This document shows positions 18,006 through 28,925 of a DNA stretch of 63,259 bases, piece after piece; the stretch's first letter is position 1, and the number at the start of each line of letters is the position of its first letter. Position numbers and translations under genes: made by a program. The DNA is taken from the sequence record DRR723986_5705, one strand, 5' to 3'. The notes under the pieces are model-generated. The model did no database searches. It saw nothing but the letters and a program-made list of their open reading frames with translations, and had not been told where the DNA came from.

Positions 18006-18923
18006 TCAGCTTGATTTGACTTTGCATTCAAACCACTGCCCACGCTGTAATTCAGGCGCATCGGCGACTGCTGCCATTGCATTGCTAAGCTGGCTTGGGC
18101 TGGCAAACAAAGCAAACATGGCGGAGCCGGAACCTGACATTCGAATCAATTGCGGGTTGAACCTTGCAACACAATTTGAAAAAACACCAAATTGCTGTTC
18201 CCATTCAGGGTAGTTGCGTGCCACAACAGCTTGTAAAACATTCTGTGTGTTGGCTTGCAGGCAAGCCATCAACTCACTATTCATTCGGCGGGCCGAATCG
18301 AAGACCGCTATTTTGACGTCACTTGAGTTGCGTGTCAATTGCGGATCGCTAAATATTTTGGGCGTGGGGCAAGAAAGTGGCGGTTTGTAGACAATTAAAT
18401 GCCCTGAAACGCTTTGAATCGGGGTGATGACTTCACCGATGCCCTCAACAAAAGCACTGCTGTCCTGAAGAAAGAAGGGAACATCCGCCCCAAGCGCTTG
18501 GCCGATTGCAATCAGTTGTTCAGGTGTGACGGCTTGTTCGTGATGCTGTTGCAGCAGACGGAGCACGGTGGCTGCATTGCTGCTGCCCCCTCCCAAACCC
18601 GCCTGTTCGGGGACCTGCTTGCGGACATGAATGGTCACTGAGTAACCCATGCCAATGTTGGCGTTTGCATAATAGGCCTTGCAGGCGCGAACGGTGAGGT
18701 CGATTTCTTCAGGAATATGAACGAGATCACCACTTCGTTGAACCACCAATTCACCACTTGAATTGGTTTGCACCGACATTGAAACCTGGTCCCCAAGCGT
18801 AATTGGGCAGAAAATACTTTGAAGCAGGTGATAACCGTCAGCCCTGCGGCCTGTGATGTGCAAAAACAGATTGATTTTCGCGGGCGAAAAGGCCGATAGT
18901 TCGGCCGGGCTGTTGAGGTTCAC
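18006..18923 (-). CDS. ispE: 4-diphosphocytidyl-2-C-methyl-D-erythritol kinase
   Basis: PAKINLFLHITGRR.DGYH.LQS, AGLGGGSSNAA, LGADVPFF, MSGSGS. Confidence 0.96.
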   Translation of the reverse strand: MNLNSPAELSAFSPAKINLFLHITGRRADGYHLLQSIFCPITLGDQVSMSVQTNSSGELVVQRSGDLVHIPEEIDLTVRACKAYYANANIGMGYSVTIHVRKQVPEQAGLGGGSSNAATVLRLLQQHHEQAVTPEQLIAIGQALGADVPFFLQDSSAFVEGIGEVITPIQSVSGHLIVYKPPLSCPTPKIFSDPQLTRNSSDVKIAVFDSARRMNSELMACLQANTQNVLQAVVARNYPEWEQQFGVFSNCVARFNPQLIRMSGSGSAMFALFASPSQLSNAMAAVADAPELQRGQWFECKVKSS

Positions 18924-18926
18924 GCT

Positions 18927-19496
18927 TTATTTGCCCAAGGTGCCTTGCGGAATCAGGTCAATGCGACCGGAGGTCTTGTTTTCGATAAACACCACGCGGT
19001 AGCGGCCATTCTGGTTTTCCCACGACCAATTCGTGGGCAGGGTGGGCAATTCATCGGGATTGGGGTTTTCCATCCATTGCACCAAGGCTTCGGCAGGCAG
19101 TTCAACAGGGAACATGAGATCGAACAGGCTTTGCCAGTCTTTGGCCAGATACACTCGACCGTCCGCAGCCCGGACTTCATAAAAATTACCCAGGCGCTTG
19201 GCGCTACCCAGCGAAGGCCCCAGTGTGGAATTGACTTCAAGATAGGCAATTTCAGGAGCCTGGCTCGGCCCGGACCGACCCGAGCGCCATTCATAGGTGC
19301 CAGAAATGGAATCGGCCTCCATTTTTCCGTCGGCTTGCTCCACTTTCCAGATCAGCCCAAAGCGCCCGTAATGGCAGCTCGACTGAATCGACTTGCAATC
19401 GACTTCAGTGCTTGGATTTTGGCCCACGGTGCTGCAGGCGGCCAAGCTTGCGCTGATCAAGCCGATACAGGCCAGGCGCAATGATGATAAAGACAT
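18927..19496 (-). CDS. lolB: Outer-membrane lipoprotein LolB (divergent)
   Basis: Lipobox LAAC, GRF, S.LG, LP..AL..W; syntenic between the TPR protein and ispE. Alternative start 19514. Confidence 0.65.
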   Translation of the reverse strand: MSLSSLRLACIGLISASLAACSTVGQNPSTEVDCKSIQSSCHYGRFGLIWKVEQADGKMEADSISGTYEWRSGRSGPSQAPEIAYLEVNSTLGPSLGSAKRLGNFYEVRAADGRVYLAKDWQSLFDLMFPVELPAEALVQWMENPNPDELPTLPTNWSWENQNGRYRVVFIENKTSGRIDLIPQGTLGK

Positions 19497-19500
19497 GAAC

Positions 19501-21279
19501 TTAAATTTCCTCAACCTGTTGAACCAGTTTCTTCAATGCTTTGCTGTCGGGGTATCGAACGGTCAAGCGGTTTCCAAGTTGACGCGCTTCCTCTTTCTTG
19601 CCCGCTTTTAGCAAGACCTCGAGCAAATGCAGGCCAATTTCCTCATCCTGGCGCAGATCGAATGCTTTTTTCAAGGTTGCTTCGGCGCTGTCCAGCTTGC
19701 CCAATCGGTAATGCACCCAGCCCAGAGAATCAAGAATGAAGGGATCGTTGGGCGCAAGTTCAACTGCCTTTTTAATCAACTCATAAGCTTCGTCAAGCCG
19801 AACGTTGTTCTCGGCCCAGGTGTAGCCCAGCGCATTGTATCCGTGTGGGTTTTCCGGGCGAACCGCGATGAGGCGCTTGAGGAATTGTTCAACACGTGGC
19901 AGGTCGTCTTGCCGCTCGGCAACCATGGCACGCTCATACAGCAGGTCTGGCTGATCCGGAAATTTGAGCAAGGCCAGTTCTAGCTCGGTGGCAGCCTCGG
20001 CAGGGGCTTTTTGCGACTCAGCCAGTTGCGATTTCGCAAGAGCGAGCCGCACGGACTCATCTTCGTTTTTGGGTTTGAACTGGTTCAGAACCCGCTTGGC
20101 TGACAGGGCATTGCCCTGTTTTTCGAACAAGGCCGACTTTTTCAGCTGGACATCCAGGTTGTCGGCGGCGTTCGGTGTGGTGTCGAGCCATTTCAGGGCC
20201 GCTACGTAATCTTTACGCTCAAGCGCCATGTCGGACAGGGTGGCATGAATCAGCGATTCATTCTGGCGCTCGGCGGGTGTAGTTTTGTCCAGATAAATCT
20301 TGAAATGCTGTTCGGCGGCTTTGTAGTCCTTGAGCTGAGTGAGCACAAAACCCTGACTGGAGTACAGGGGAATGTTGTCCGGTTGTAGTTCAATCATTTC
20401 CGCAAAACGTTGACGTGCCTGTGCCCACTGCCCGAGTTGGGTGTGATTGCGGGCCAGGTACAGGCGAGCACCAAACCAGTTGGGGTGTTGTTGCACCTGC
20501 TCATTCACCATTTGCATGGCGGCATCCAGGTTGCCGTCACGTTTTTCCATGAACTGGGCCATCAGCACATAAAAACGTTCCTGTGGCGATTTGCGCAATA
20601 CGTTTTCCATGTGGCCCACAGCCTGTGGGTACAACTCGGAGTTGTTGGCAAGTTGGGCCAACAGGGTTTGCGCCTCAAGATCATCTGGATTGTTGCCAAA
20701 CAGCTCAATACCGGTTTGATAGGCCTTGTTTTTGTCGGGGATGCGTTGGAGCATGTCCAGCGCAACCTTTTCGCTGCTGGAGCCGCCGAGCCCCGGGTTG
20801 GCAGTCTCAGCAGCTTTCACATCGGCCAAAAAAGCCCGGAGTGCGGGCATGGCTTGATCAACGCGGTTGGTGCCTAGTTGCAGCAGCATGATGGAGCGGC
20901 TGGCCTGCTTGTCGCCGGGCGACAATTCAGACCACACCTGCGCGGCATTCAGGGCCAGGTCCAACTGGCCTTCGGCAAGGCTGATCTCGACAGCCCGTTT
21001 CGCCAGCTCGGGATTGCGTTGCTGTTTGGCTGCTTCGGTGTAGGCCAGCGTGGCAGAATACGTGTCGCCTCGCTGACTGGCAATTTCAGCAGTGAGCAGG
21101 GCAAACAGCGGGTCTTGTTTCACCATGTCGGCCACGCGGGCTTCGTAGGCTTTTTGCTCGGCAGACATCGGCGGCACTGCCGGCTCGCCTTGATCCGCGG
21201 GCACGGTGGCGCAGCCTGTGGTCAGGCTGGCTGCCAGAAAAAATACCGGGCCTGCGATGGTCCATTTAAAACAAGTCAT
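19501..21279 (-). CDS. Tetratricopeptide-repeat lipoprotein
   Basis: Lipobox-like TTGC; multiple TPRs (YNALGYT.A, ILDSLGWVHYRLG); conserved position next to mutM and lolB. Confidence 0.88.
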   Translation of the reverse strand: MTCFKWTIAGPVFFLAASLTTGCATVPADQGEPAVPPMSAEQKAYEARVADMVKQDPLFALLTAEIASQRGDTYSATLAYTEAAKQQRNPELAKRAVEISLAEGQLDLALNAAQVWSELSPGDKQASRSIMLLQLGTNRVDQAMPALRAFLADVKAAETANPGLGGSSSEKVALDMLQRIPDKNKAYQTGIELFGNNPDDLEAQTLLAQLANNSELYPQAVGHMENVLRKSPQERFYVLMAQFMEKRDGNLDAAMQMVNEQVQQHPNWFGARLYLARNHTQLGQWAQARQRFAEMIELQPDNIPLYSSQGFVLTQLKDYKAAEQHFKIYLDKTTPAERQNESLIHATLSDMALERKDYVAALKWLDTTPNAADNLDVQLKKSALFEKQGNALSAKRVLNQFKPKNEDESVRLALAKSQLAESQKAPAEAATELELALLKFPDQPDLLYERAMVAERQDDLPRVEQFLKRLIAVRPENPHGYNALGYTWAENNVRLDEAYELIKKAVELAPNDPFILDSLGWVHYRLGKLDSAEATLKKAFDLRQDEEIGLHLLEVLLKAGKKEEARQLGNRLTVRYPDSKALKKLVQQVEEI

Positions 21280-21356
21280 ACTGTTGAACCCAAAGAAAAC
21301 TGGTGAATCCACTTTATTTTTATCACATTAACAGATGCGCGTGCGCGCTTTAGCTT

Positions 21357-22175
21357 ATGCCTGAATTACCCGAGGTAGAAATCACCAAAAGAGGCGTAGA
21401 CCTTCACTTTACAGGGCAGCGCCTGCTGGCTTGCACTGTGAGGCAACCCCGTTTGCGTTGGCCTGTGCCCGTGGAAGTGCAAAGTTGTGTAAAGCATATA
21501 TTGCAAGGTGTGGAGCGTCGGTCGAAATACATGCTCATGGACTTTGGGGCGCAGGTGTTGGTGGTGCATTTGGGCATGTCGGGTTCACTGAAAATCGTAA
21601 ACGCCAGCACCCCTTGGGACAAACACGATCACATTGAATGGAACTTCGGGGACAAGGTGTTGCGCTACAACGATCCGCGTCGCTTTGGGAGCGTGGAGTA
21701 CGTCGAAAAAGTGCCTGGTTGGGAACACAGTTTTATACGGTTTGCAAAACTGGGGCCCGAGCCTTTCAGTGAGGCATTCACGCCCGACTCGTTTTTCAAG
21801 GCCACGCGAGGCAAAAAGGTGTCGATCAAGGCCTTGCTGTTAAGTGGGTTTGCTGTAGTTGGCGTAGGCAATATTTACGCATGCGAGGCCTTGTTTCGAA
21901 GTGCGATTCGCCCGGGTAAAGCAGCAGGGCGCTTAAGCAAGGCGAATGTACAGGCCTTGCATGCAGCGGTTGTGGCCGTGTTGACAGAGGCGATTGAGCG
22001 GGGTGGTTCAACTTTGCGTAATTTTCAGGCCATTGATGGCGAGCTGGGTCATTTTCAATTGCATTGTGATGTTTACGGCCGCGAGGGGCAGCCCTGCAAG
22101 CGCTGTGGCGCAACGGTAAAGAGGCGTGTGATGAATCAGCGAAGCACGTTTTATTGCGCGCAATGTCAGGAATGA
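21357..22175 (+). CDS. mutM: Formamidopyrimidine-DNA glycosylase
   Basis: MPELPEVE, HLGMSG, DPRRFG, GVGNIYA.E, C-terminal CxxC...CxxC finger. Confidence 0.97.
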   Translation: MPELPEVEITKRGVDLHFTGQRLLACTVRQPRLRWPVPVEVQSCVKHILQGVERRSKYMLMDFGAQVLVVHLGMSGSLKIVNASTPWDKHDHIEWNFGDKVLRYNDPRRFGSVEYVEKVPGWEHSFIRFAKLGPEPFSEAFTPDSFFKATRGKKVSIKALLLSGFAVVGVGNIYACEALFRSAIRPGKAAGRLSKANVQALHAAVVAVLTEAIERGGSTLRNFQAIDGELGHFQLHCDVYGREGQPCKRCGATVKRRVMNQRSTFYCAQCQE

Positions 22176-22182
22176 GCGAGCC

Positions 22183-23304
22183 ATGAACCCAATGAAAGGA
22201 AAGCCGTTTGGCGAGGTGTTGGTGCGTTGGCAAAAACAGCACGGCCGTCAAACCCTGCCATGGCAGCACACGGGAGATGCTTACAAGGTGTGGCTCAGTG
22301 AGGTGATGTTACAGCAAACCCAGGTGACCACCGTGCTGGGCTATTACAGCCGTTTTTTGCAGGCCTATCCAACCGTTTCAGATTTGGCCGCCGCACCGGA
22401 GCAGGATGTCATGCAGTTGTGGGCAGGTTTGGGTTACTACACCCGCGCACGCAATTTGCATGCTTGTGCCAAGCAAGTCGTGACTCGTTTCGGGGGGCAG
22501 TTTCCGCGCACGGTAAGCGAACTTGAAAGTTTGCCCGGCATAGGCCAGTCCACCGCGGGTGCAATCGCATCACTGGCCTATGGTGTGCAGGCGCCCATTC
22601 TGGATGGGAACGTAAAACGGGTGTTTTGCAGGTACTACGGCATCGAAGGTTACCCGGAGCAAACCACGATCAAGAAAACTTTGTGGGGAATTGCCGATGC
22701 CAACGTGCCAGCCCAACAACCGGGAGTTTACAACCAGGCTTTGATGGATCTTGGGGCCACCTGTTGTGTACCACGCAACCCGGCGTGTTCAGCTTGCCCC
22801 TTGATGGAAAGCTGTGTGGCCTTGCGAAAGGGCATGGTGAATTTGTTGCCGACACCAAAGCCTAAAAAGGTCCGACCTGAATTGTATTTCCTCAGCTTGG
22901 TTGTGGATGATGAGGAAGGTGGAGTGCTGCTGGAACTACAAACTGACAAAGGTGTTTGGCAAGGTTTGTGGACCACACCTTTTGTAGCTTGCGACAGTCA
23001 ACTTGATTGTGAGGGCCTCACCGGAATTGCAACATCCTGGGTTGAACATTATGGCTTGCAGGCGCACCGTGCCGAAATTGAGCGACAGTTGACTGGTTTG
23101 CAGGGCCAACCTTGGCTGGTGCATGAATTAACTCACCGAAAAATGCATTTCAAGGTGTTGCGCCTGACGGTGCCTGGTTCCTGGGCAGCTTGCTACCCAA
23201 TCAGCGACAAGCCCGTGCCAAAAATAGTGCACAAATTGCTGGACCAGGCGCGGGTATTAACCCAGGCTGCGGTGCCGCAGCAAAACACTCTCGATCTCGG
23301 GTAG
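22183..23304 (+). CDS. mutY: A/G-specific adenine glycosylase
   Basis: WLSEVMLQQTQV, W.GLGYY.RARNLH, LPGIG.STA, DGNVKRV, Fe-S cysteine cluster. Confidence 0.95.
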   Translation: MNPMKGKPFGEVLVRWQKQHGRQTLPWQHTGDAYKVWLSEVMLQQTQVTTVLGYYSRFLQAYPTVSDLAAAPEQDVMQLWAGLGYYTRARNLHACAKQVVTRFGGQFPRTVSELESLPGIGQSTAGAIASLAYGVQAPILDGNVKRVFCRYYGIEGYPEQTTIKKTLWGIADANVPAQQPGVYNQALMDLGATCCVPRNPACSACPLMESCVALRKGMVNLLPTPKPKKVRPELYFLSLVVDDEEGGVLLELQTDKGVWQGLWTTPFVACDSQLDCEGLTGIATSWVEHYGLQAHRAEIERQLTGLQGQPWLVHELTHRKMHFKVLRLTVPGSWAACYPISDKPVPKIVHKLLDQARVLTQAAVPQQNTLDLG

Positions 23305-24117
23305 TGGATCGGCGGTAAAGCGTTTGGCCAGTGTCTCGGCCACATACACAGAGCGGTGTTGTCCGCCGGTGCAGCCAATGGCCACCGTCACGTAGCTGCG
23401 TTGTTCATTCAAGTAAGACGGCAACCATCTTCTCAAATAGGTTTCGATGTCGCTGATCATTGGATCGCTTCGATCATCAGCCTGGATGTAACGTTGAACT
23501 TCCACATCCTTACCTGTCAGGGGACGCAGGCTTTTGTCGTAATAAGGATTGCTCAGGCAGCGCACATCAAACACCAGGTCAGCATCCGAGGGCAAGCCTT
23601 TCTTGAAGCCGAAAGTTTCAAATACCAAGGTGAGTTTGGCCGATTCTTCTTCGACGGTTTCAAGCACCCAGCGCCTCAGCACATTGGGTTGCAGGGCTGA
23701 GGTGTCAATGCAGCTCGCAATGTTTCTGAGGGGCTCGAGCGCTTCGCGTTCCGCATCCACACATTCCTGCACGGTGGCCTGTTCGCCAAGGCGAGCGCTC
23801 ATGGGGTGGCGTCGGCGACTTTCCGAGTAGCGCGTGATCAGGGTTTCATCGTCTGCATCCAGAAACAGAATGCGGACATCGGTGCCTTCGGCTTTCAAAG
23901 CCTGAATGATTTGGGGTACATCGATGATGTCCCGCCCTGTGCGTGCGTCGGCCGCAATCGCAATTTGAGAAATTCCCTCGGCGGAGAGGCGTTCAATGAC
24001 TTGCGGAATAAAAGAAGGCGGCAGGTTGTCGACGCAGTAAAAATGGGCGTCTTCCAGCGCACGAATTGCGACTGATTTCCCGGAGCCCGAAAGGCCGGTG
24101 ACCAACACCACTTTCAT
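23257..24117 (-). CDS. rapZ: RNase adapter RapZ (YvcJ family)
   Basis: TGLSGSGKS, CVDNLP, RRRHP, FGFKKG, DVRCL.NP, IGCTGGQHRSV; real start MKVVLV at 24117. Confidence 0.95.
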   Translation of the reverse strand: MKVVLVTGLSGSGKSVAIRALEDAHFYCVDNLPPSFIPQVIERLSAEGISQIAIAADARTGRDIIDVPQIIQALKAEGTDVRILFLDADDETLITRYSESRRRHPMSARLGEQATVQECVDAEREALEPLRNIASCIDTSALQPNVLRRWVLETVEEESAKLTLVFETFGFKKGLPSDADLVFDVRCLSNPYYDKSLRPLTGKDVEVQRYIQADDRSDPMISDIETYLRRWLPSYLNEQRSYVTVAIGCTGGQHRSVYVAETLAKRFTADPLPEIESVLLRHRSLG

Positions 24118-24118
24118 G

Positions 24119-25102
24119 TTAATCATGTCCCATGTCCGCTTCTGTGTCAGGGTCCACCTGAAGATGATCGATGCCACCGAGTTCGGTGAGCATGGCTTTC
24201 TGTTGACGCACCATGAATTCGTCCAGCGTATTGATGCCCCGCATCTGCAAAATGGTGTTGCGCACCGCTGCTTCCAGAAGCACCGCGAGGTTGCGGCCGG
24301 CCGCCACTGGCAATATGGCTTTGCGAATGGGCAAACCCAGCACTTCCTGGAATTGCTGCTCGGTGACCAGGCGTTCCTGGTGTAATTCAAGCGAAGCTTT
24401 GCGTACAAGGTGGACGATCAGTTTTAACCGCATTTTCCGGCGTACGGCCGTTTCACCAAAAATGGCCTTGATGTCGAGCAAGCCTACGCCGCGTACTTCC
24501 ATCAGGTTACGAATCAGTTCCGGGCAGCGTCCCTCAATCAGATTGGGGGCCACGCGCGAGAATTCCACCACATCGTCGGCTACCAAACCGTGGCCACGCG
24601 AAATCAATTCCAGGCCCAGTTCGCTTTTGCCCAAGCCGGATTCGCCGCAAATGAGCACACCCATGCCAAGCACGTCCATGAACACACCATGCATCATGGT
24701 GGTGGGGGCGAGCCATTTGTTGATGTATACGCGCAGAAAGTCGATGATCTCGGCTGCCGACAACGGCGTGGCCAGCAGGGGAATGTTTGATTCGTCGCAG
24801 GCGGCTTTTAAAAGGGCGTGAGGCTGAAATGATTCAGCCACGATGATTGCAGGCGGATCGCCTTCGATAAGCTTGTCAATTTGGTGCTGTTTGCGCTCGT
24901 CGCTGATGCGAGCGAAGTATTCGATTTCCTGGCGACCAAACACCTGGATTCGACCGGGGTGAATGGTGTTGAGGTGGCCCACAAGATCAGAGGAAGCAAA
25001 ACACTGAAGATCCAGGTGGCGGTCACCACCATTTAAACCGGCCAGCCAGTCAAGCTTGAGTTTGTTGCGGTTGGCTTCGATCAGTTCTTTCAGTTGCTTC
25101 AC
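24119..25102 (-). CDS. hprK: HPr kinase/phosphorylase
   Basis: HGVFMDV.G.GVLI.GESGLGKSE, LVADD, EVRGVG, PVAAGRNLA. Confidence 0.96.
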   Translation of the reverse strand: MKQLKELIEANRNKLKLDWLAGLNGGDRHLDLQCFASSDLVGHLNTIHPGRIQVFGRQEIEYFARISDERKQHQIDKLIEGDPPAIIVAESFQPHALLKAACDESNIPLLATPLSAAEIIDFLRVYINKWLAPTTMMHGVFMDVLGMGVLICGESGLGKSELGLELISRGHGLVADDVVEFSRVAPNLIEGRCPELIRNLMEVRGVGLLDIKAIFGETAVRRKMRLKLIVHLVRKASLELHQERLVTEQQFQEVLGLPIRKAILPVAAGRNLAVLLEAAVRNTILQMRGINTLDEFMVRQQKAMLTELGGIDHLQVDPDTEADMGHD

Positions 25103-25106
25103 AGGC

Positions 25107-25577
25107 TTAACTCGCGGGTTGGTAGGGCTCCCAGTTGGCGATCAGTTGGTGAGTGGCGCCGGGGTCGGATTCTGTCATGAGTTTCTCACGGAAATCTTTG
25201 TCAGACAGCATTTGAGCCAGTTCTGACAGTATATCCAGATGATGCTGGTTTGCGCTTTCGGGCACCAGCAAAAACATGAGCAGCTTGACGGGTTGCCCAT
25301 CAGGGGCATCAAAAGGGATTGGGTCTTGTACCCGGACCAGTGAGGCAATCGGTTCGCGCAAGCCTTTGATGCGGCCGTGCGGGACAGCCACCTGCTGGCC
25401 AAGGCCAGTGGAGCCCAAACGTTCACGTGCAAACAGGCTGTCAAACACCTTGGACCTTGCGATGCCCTGGTTGTTCTCGAACACCAAACCGGCTTGCTCA
25501 AACACGCGCTTTTTGCTGGTGACCTGTGTGTCCAACAATATGTTGGATGGTGGAAGTAGATTTGCGATCAAGTTCAT
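25107..25577 (-). CDS. ptsN: PTS IIA-Ntr nitrogen regulatory protein
   Basis: SKKRVFE, RERLGSTGLG..VAVPHGR, FDAPD. Confidence 0.95.
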   Translation of the reverse strand: MNLIANLLPPSNILLDTQVTSKKRVFEQAGLVFENNQGIARSKVFDSLFARERLGSTGLGQQVAVPHGRIKGLREPIASLVRVQDPIPFDAPDGQPVKLLMFLLVPESANQHHLDILSELAQMLSDKDFREKLMTESDPGATHQLIANWEPYQPAS

Positions 25578-25637
25578 CGCTGTTGATTCCTGAGACCCGC
25601 TTCTTATCGTGGGGCCGATTATACGCCATAAAAACAG

Positions 25638-25663
25638 AAAAGGCGGATTGAAGTCCGCCTTTT
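25638..25663 (-). terminator. Terminator-like hairpin after hpf
   Basis: AAAAGGCGGA-TTGAAG-TCCGCCTTTT. Confidence 0.7.
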
Positions 25664-25687
25664 GATTTTCCCTGAAATTACAGTGGT

Positions 25688-26017
25688 TTATTCAGCTTCT
25701 TCGACCACCTGGTGTTTCATGGGGGTGTGGTTGTGGTTGGTCAGTTTGTCCTTGTGACGCAGTACCTGGCGATCCAGTTTGTCGGCTAGCGCGTCAATGG
25801 CGGCGTAGAGGTTTTCATGACTTGCTTCAGCGTGAATGTCTTTGCCGCGAACATGCAGTGTGACATCTGCCCTTTGAACCAGCTTGACCACCGAGATGGT
25901 CACCGATGCATCAATGACGTGATCAAAATGCCTTTTCACCCGATCCAGTTTTTCGATGACGTAGTTTCGAATCGCTGGGGTAACTTCCAGATGATGACCA
26001 TTGATGTTCAAGTTCAT
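25688..26017 (-). CDS. hpf: Ribosome hibernation promoting factor
   Basis: MNLNINGHHLEVTPAIR.Y...K, LYAAID...KLDRQ; downstream of rpoN. Confidence 0.93.
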   Translation of the reverse strand: MNLNINGHHLEVTPAIRNYVIEKLDRVKRHFDHVIDASVTISVVKLVQRADVTLHVRGKDIHAEASHENLYAAIDALADKLDRQVLRHKDKLTNHNHTPMKHQVVEEAE

Positions 26018-26058
26018 AAGGTATCTCCTTTCGTTGCTGCGGGGGGAAGCTTTAACAG

Positions 26059-27579
26059 TTAAAGCGACTTGCGCATGTTCACCGGGGGTATTTTCAGTGA
26101 TTCCCGGTATTTAGCGACCGTGCGTCTTGCGACCACGATGCCCTGTTGACCGAGTAGGTCGGCGATTTGGCTGTCAGATATCGGCTGCTTGGCGTCCTCC
26201 GCAGAAATCAGTTGCTTGATGAGTGCACGGATGGCCGTGCTGGAAGCCTGACCACCTGAGTCGGTAGAAACATGGCTTCCGAAGAAATACTTTAGCTCAA
26301 CCAACCCATAGGGCGTCAACATATATTTTTGCGTGGTAACCCTTGACACGGTCGATTCATGCAGGCCCAAAAGGTCAGCAATTTCCCGCAGAACCAAGGG
26401 CTGCATTGCGATTTCGCCGTGATTGAAGTAGCCGATTTGACGTTCTACGATGGCTTGGCTCACCCGTAAAATAGTGTCAAATCGCTGCTGAACGTTTTTT
26501 AACAACCAGCGGGCCTCTTGAAGGTGGGCACTCAATTGGGCACTTTGGCCCCGGTGAGACCGCAAAATCGAGGCGTACATCTCATTGATTCGAATTTTCG
26601 GCATCACGTCCGGGTTCAACTGCACGTGCCACTGGCCGTTGAGTTTTTTGACGATCACGTCGGGCACAACATGATCATCATCGATGCGACGAAAGCGTGC
26701 ACCAGGGAACGGCTCAAGTGAGCGGATGATCTGATGGCATGTTTTCAGCATGTCTTCATCCACGTTCAACGCTTTTTTCAGTTTGCTGAAGTCGCGTTGG
26801 GCAAGCAAACCCAGATGGTCGCTGATGATCAGTTGGCAGTTACTGTACAGGCTCGGCTGGCAGGTGATGTCTTGCCGCTGGGCCAGTTGCAGCAACAGGC
26901 ACTCCGCGGCGTTGCGCGCACCCACGCCAGGTGGGTCAAAGCTTTGCAGCAGGCGCAAGGCAGCGCTGAGTTCCTCGAATTCCAGGTCGGGCTCATCTTG
27001 AAGGGTTTCCCACAGGTCTTCAAGTTCAACGGTCAGGTAACCATCGTCGCTGAGGTAGTCAATCAGCCACAGCACCAGGTTTTTGTCTCGTTCGCTGGCC
27101 TGTGTCATTCGCAACTGGTCGATCAAGTGCTGGTGCAGGCTGCTGTCCGGCGCGGCCAGTTGTAAACCGGGTTTCTCTTCATCCCCATCGGCACTCGCGC
27201 CGCTGTTGTCGCGCCAATCGCCTTCCCAGTTGTCCTGGATGGAGTCGATGGTTTCGCGTTGAACAATTTCTTCGCTTTGATTGTCTTGCTCAGCCTGCTG
27301 GTCGCTGACTGGTTCACTGACTTTTCGGGGGTCGGGTTCGGCCTCAAAGCTGTCGCCCTGAGGCTCGTGCAGTTCACCATTGCTGCTGTCCAGGCTAAGC
27401 GTGCGTTCGCCCTCCACAGCTTCTTCGTCAGCCAGTTCCAGCAAAGGGTTCTCGGCCAGCGCCTGCTGGATTTCCTGTTGCAACTCAAGCGTAGACAACT
27501 GCAGCAAGCGGATGGACTGCTGCAGCTGCGGCGTGAGCGTGAGGTTTTGTGAAACTTTAAGCTGAAGGGATTGTTTCAT
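26059..27579 (-). CDS. rpoN: RNA polymerase sigma-54
   Basis: Gln-rich region I ([13 protein letters not shown]), [12 protein letters not shown], RpoN box [10 protein letters not shown]. Confidence 0.98.
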   Translation of the reverse strand: MKQSLQLKVSQNLTLTPQLQQSIRLLQLSTLELQQEIQQALAENPLLELADEEAVEGERTLSLDSSNGELHEPQGDSFEAEPDPRKVSEPVSDQQAEQDNQSEEIVQRETIDSIQDNWEGDWRDNSGASADGDEEKPGLQLAAPDSSLHQHLIDQLRMTQASERDKNLVLWLIDYLSDDGYLTVELEDLWETLQDEPDLEFEELSAALRLLQSFDPPGVGARNAAECLLLQLAQRQDITCQPSLYSNCQLIISDHLGLLAQRDFSKLKKALNVDEDMLKTCHQIIRSLEPFPGARFRRIDDDHVVPDVIVKKLNGQWHVQLNPDVMPKIRINEMYASILRSHRGQSAQLSAHLQEARWLLKNVQQRFDTILRVSQAIVERQIGYFNHGEIAMQPLVLREIADLLGLHESTVSRVTTQKYMLTPYGLVELKYFFGSHVSTDSGGQASSTAIRALIKQLISAEDAKQPISDSQIADLLGQQGIVVARRTVAKYRESLKIPPVNMRKSL

Positions 27580-27591
27580 GGGGTTTCAGCT

Positions 27592-28347
27592 TTACATCCT
27601 GAAGTGTTCGCCAAGGTATACACGGCGGACATCGTCATTTTTTACAATTTGCTCTGGACTGCCCGAGGCCAGCACCCGGCCGGCACTGATGATGTAAGCG
27701 CGGTCACAGATACCCAAGGTTTCGCGCACATTGTGGTCGGTGATTAACACGCCGATGCCTTTGGATTTTAAAAAGGCCACAATGCGCTGAATTTCCAGCA
27801 CAGCAATTGGATCTACGCCAGCAAAGGGCTCATCCAGCAACACAAACCGAGGTTGGCTTCCCAAAGCGCGGGCAATTTCGAGGCGGCGGCGTTCGCCACC
27901 CGAGAGGGAGGCCGCCAGCGAGGTGCGAATGTGCCCGATTTGCAGATCATCCAGCAGGTCTTCTACTGCCTGATCCACTGTTTTGTCCTTGGGTGGATTG
28001 ATTTCCAGCACCGCACGAATGTTTTCTTCCACTGTCAGCTTGCGAAACACCGAGGCTTCTTGGGGAAGATAGGAAAGACCCGCCCGAGCGCGTTCGTGAA
28101 TGGGTTGCAAGGTGATATCCCGGCCTTCCAGGCAAATGTTGCCCTCGTCGGCGCTGACCAATCCCACGATCATGTAGAAGCACGTTGTTTTACCCGCGCC
28201 ATTGGGGCCCAGCAGGCCGACCACTTCACCAGTGTCCACATGCAGCGAAACATCTTCAATCACGCGTTTGCTTCGGTAGGCTTTGCGAAGGCTAAGCGCC
28301 TGAAGTCGACCCTGTCCTGTCAAGGTGTGTGCTGGGGTGTTGCTCAC
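27592..28347 (-). CDS. lptB: LPS export ABC ATPase
   Basis: [55 protein letters not shown]. Confidence 0.96.
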   Translation of the reverse strand: MSNTPAHTLTGQGRLQALSLRKAYRSKRVIEDVSLHVDTGEVVGLLGPNGAGKTTCFYMIVGLVSADEGNICLEGRDITLQPIHERARAGLSYLPQEASVFRKLTVEENIRAVLEINPPKDKTVDQAVEDLLDDLQIGHIRTSLAASLSGGERRRLEIARALGSQPRFVLLDEPFAGVDPIAVLEIQRIVAFLKSKGIGVLITDHNVRETLGICDRAYIISAGRVLASGSPEQIVKNDDVRRVYLGEHFRM

Positions 28348-28925
28348 TTGCTGCTCCCTTTAGGAGTGGGCTCAGGCGTGGGTTCTGTCGCTTGGGTTTT
28401 TGGTTTGATCACTGCCTGCACGCGGGAAGAGCCACTGCTGTTGGGTGTGCCCACTACATTCAGGAATTCTGTGTTTTGCTCATAGGTAATTTTGGTACCC
28501 GAAATTGATTCGGTCAGCTGACCATTGGTGCTTTTTTGAATGCTGGCTGCGCCAGTCAAGGTCACTACCGATTTATTGCCGTCGAATTCAATGGTGTTGC
28601 CGGTGCCGTTGATCAACAACACCTCATTGGGCTTGTCCGAATCGCGCTGCTGCTTGAAGCGGGCGGGTTTTCCTTCCACTGTGGCAAACTGGGTTCCATC
28701 GCTGCGTTCTGTCAGAGTCAGTTTGTCGCCGCGAATCACCAGGCTTCCACGCGTTAGCAGTACGTTGCCAGTAAACACGTTCACATTTGACTTTTCGTTG
28801 TAAGTCATCTGGTTGGCATCGATGGTCGTGGGTTGTTGTTTGTCTGATTCCAATGCAAGCGCGCTCAGCCCGAGGGCCAGTGCGGGCGCAGCCAGTGCGA
28901 GGGAAATCCATGAAGAGCGTTTCAT
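28344..28925 (-). CDS. lptA: LPS transport periplasmic protein
   Basis: Signal peptide, AL.SD..QP..I.A, FTGNV, G.PA.F.Q; operon position. Confidence 0.9.
   Translation of the reverse strand: MKRSSWISLALAAPALALGLSALALESDKQQPTTIDANQMTYNEKSNVNVFTGNVLLTRGSLVIRGDKLTLTERSDGTQFATVEGKPARFKQQRDSDKPNEVLLINGTGNTIEFDGNKSVVTLTGAASIQKSTNGQLTESISGTKITYEQNTEFLNVVGTPNSSGSSRVQAVIKPKTQATEPTPEPTPKGSSK

Noticed and set aside
24118-24408. 383-aa version of RapZ overlapping hprK
   Set aside because: Family similarity begins at MKVVLVTG (24117); the extension is an alternative frame of hprK.
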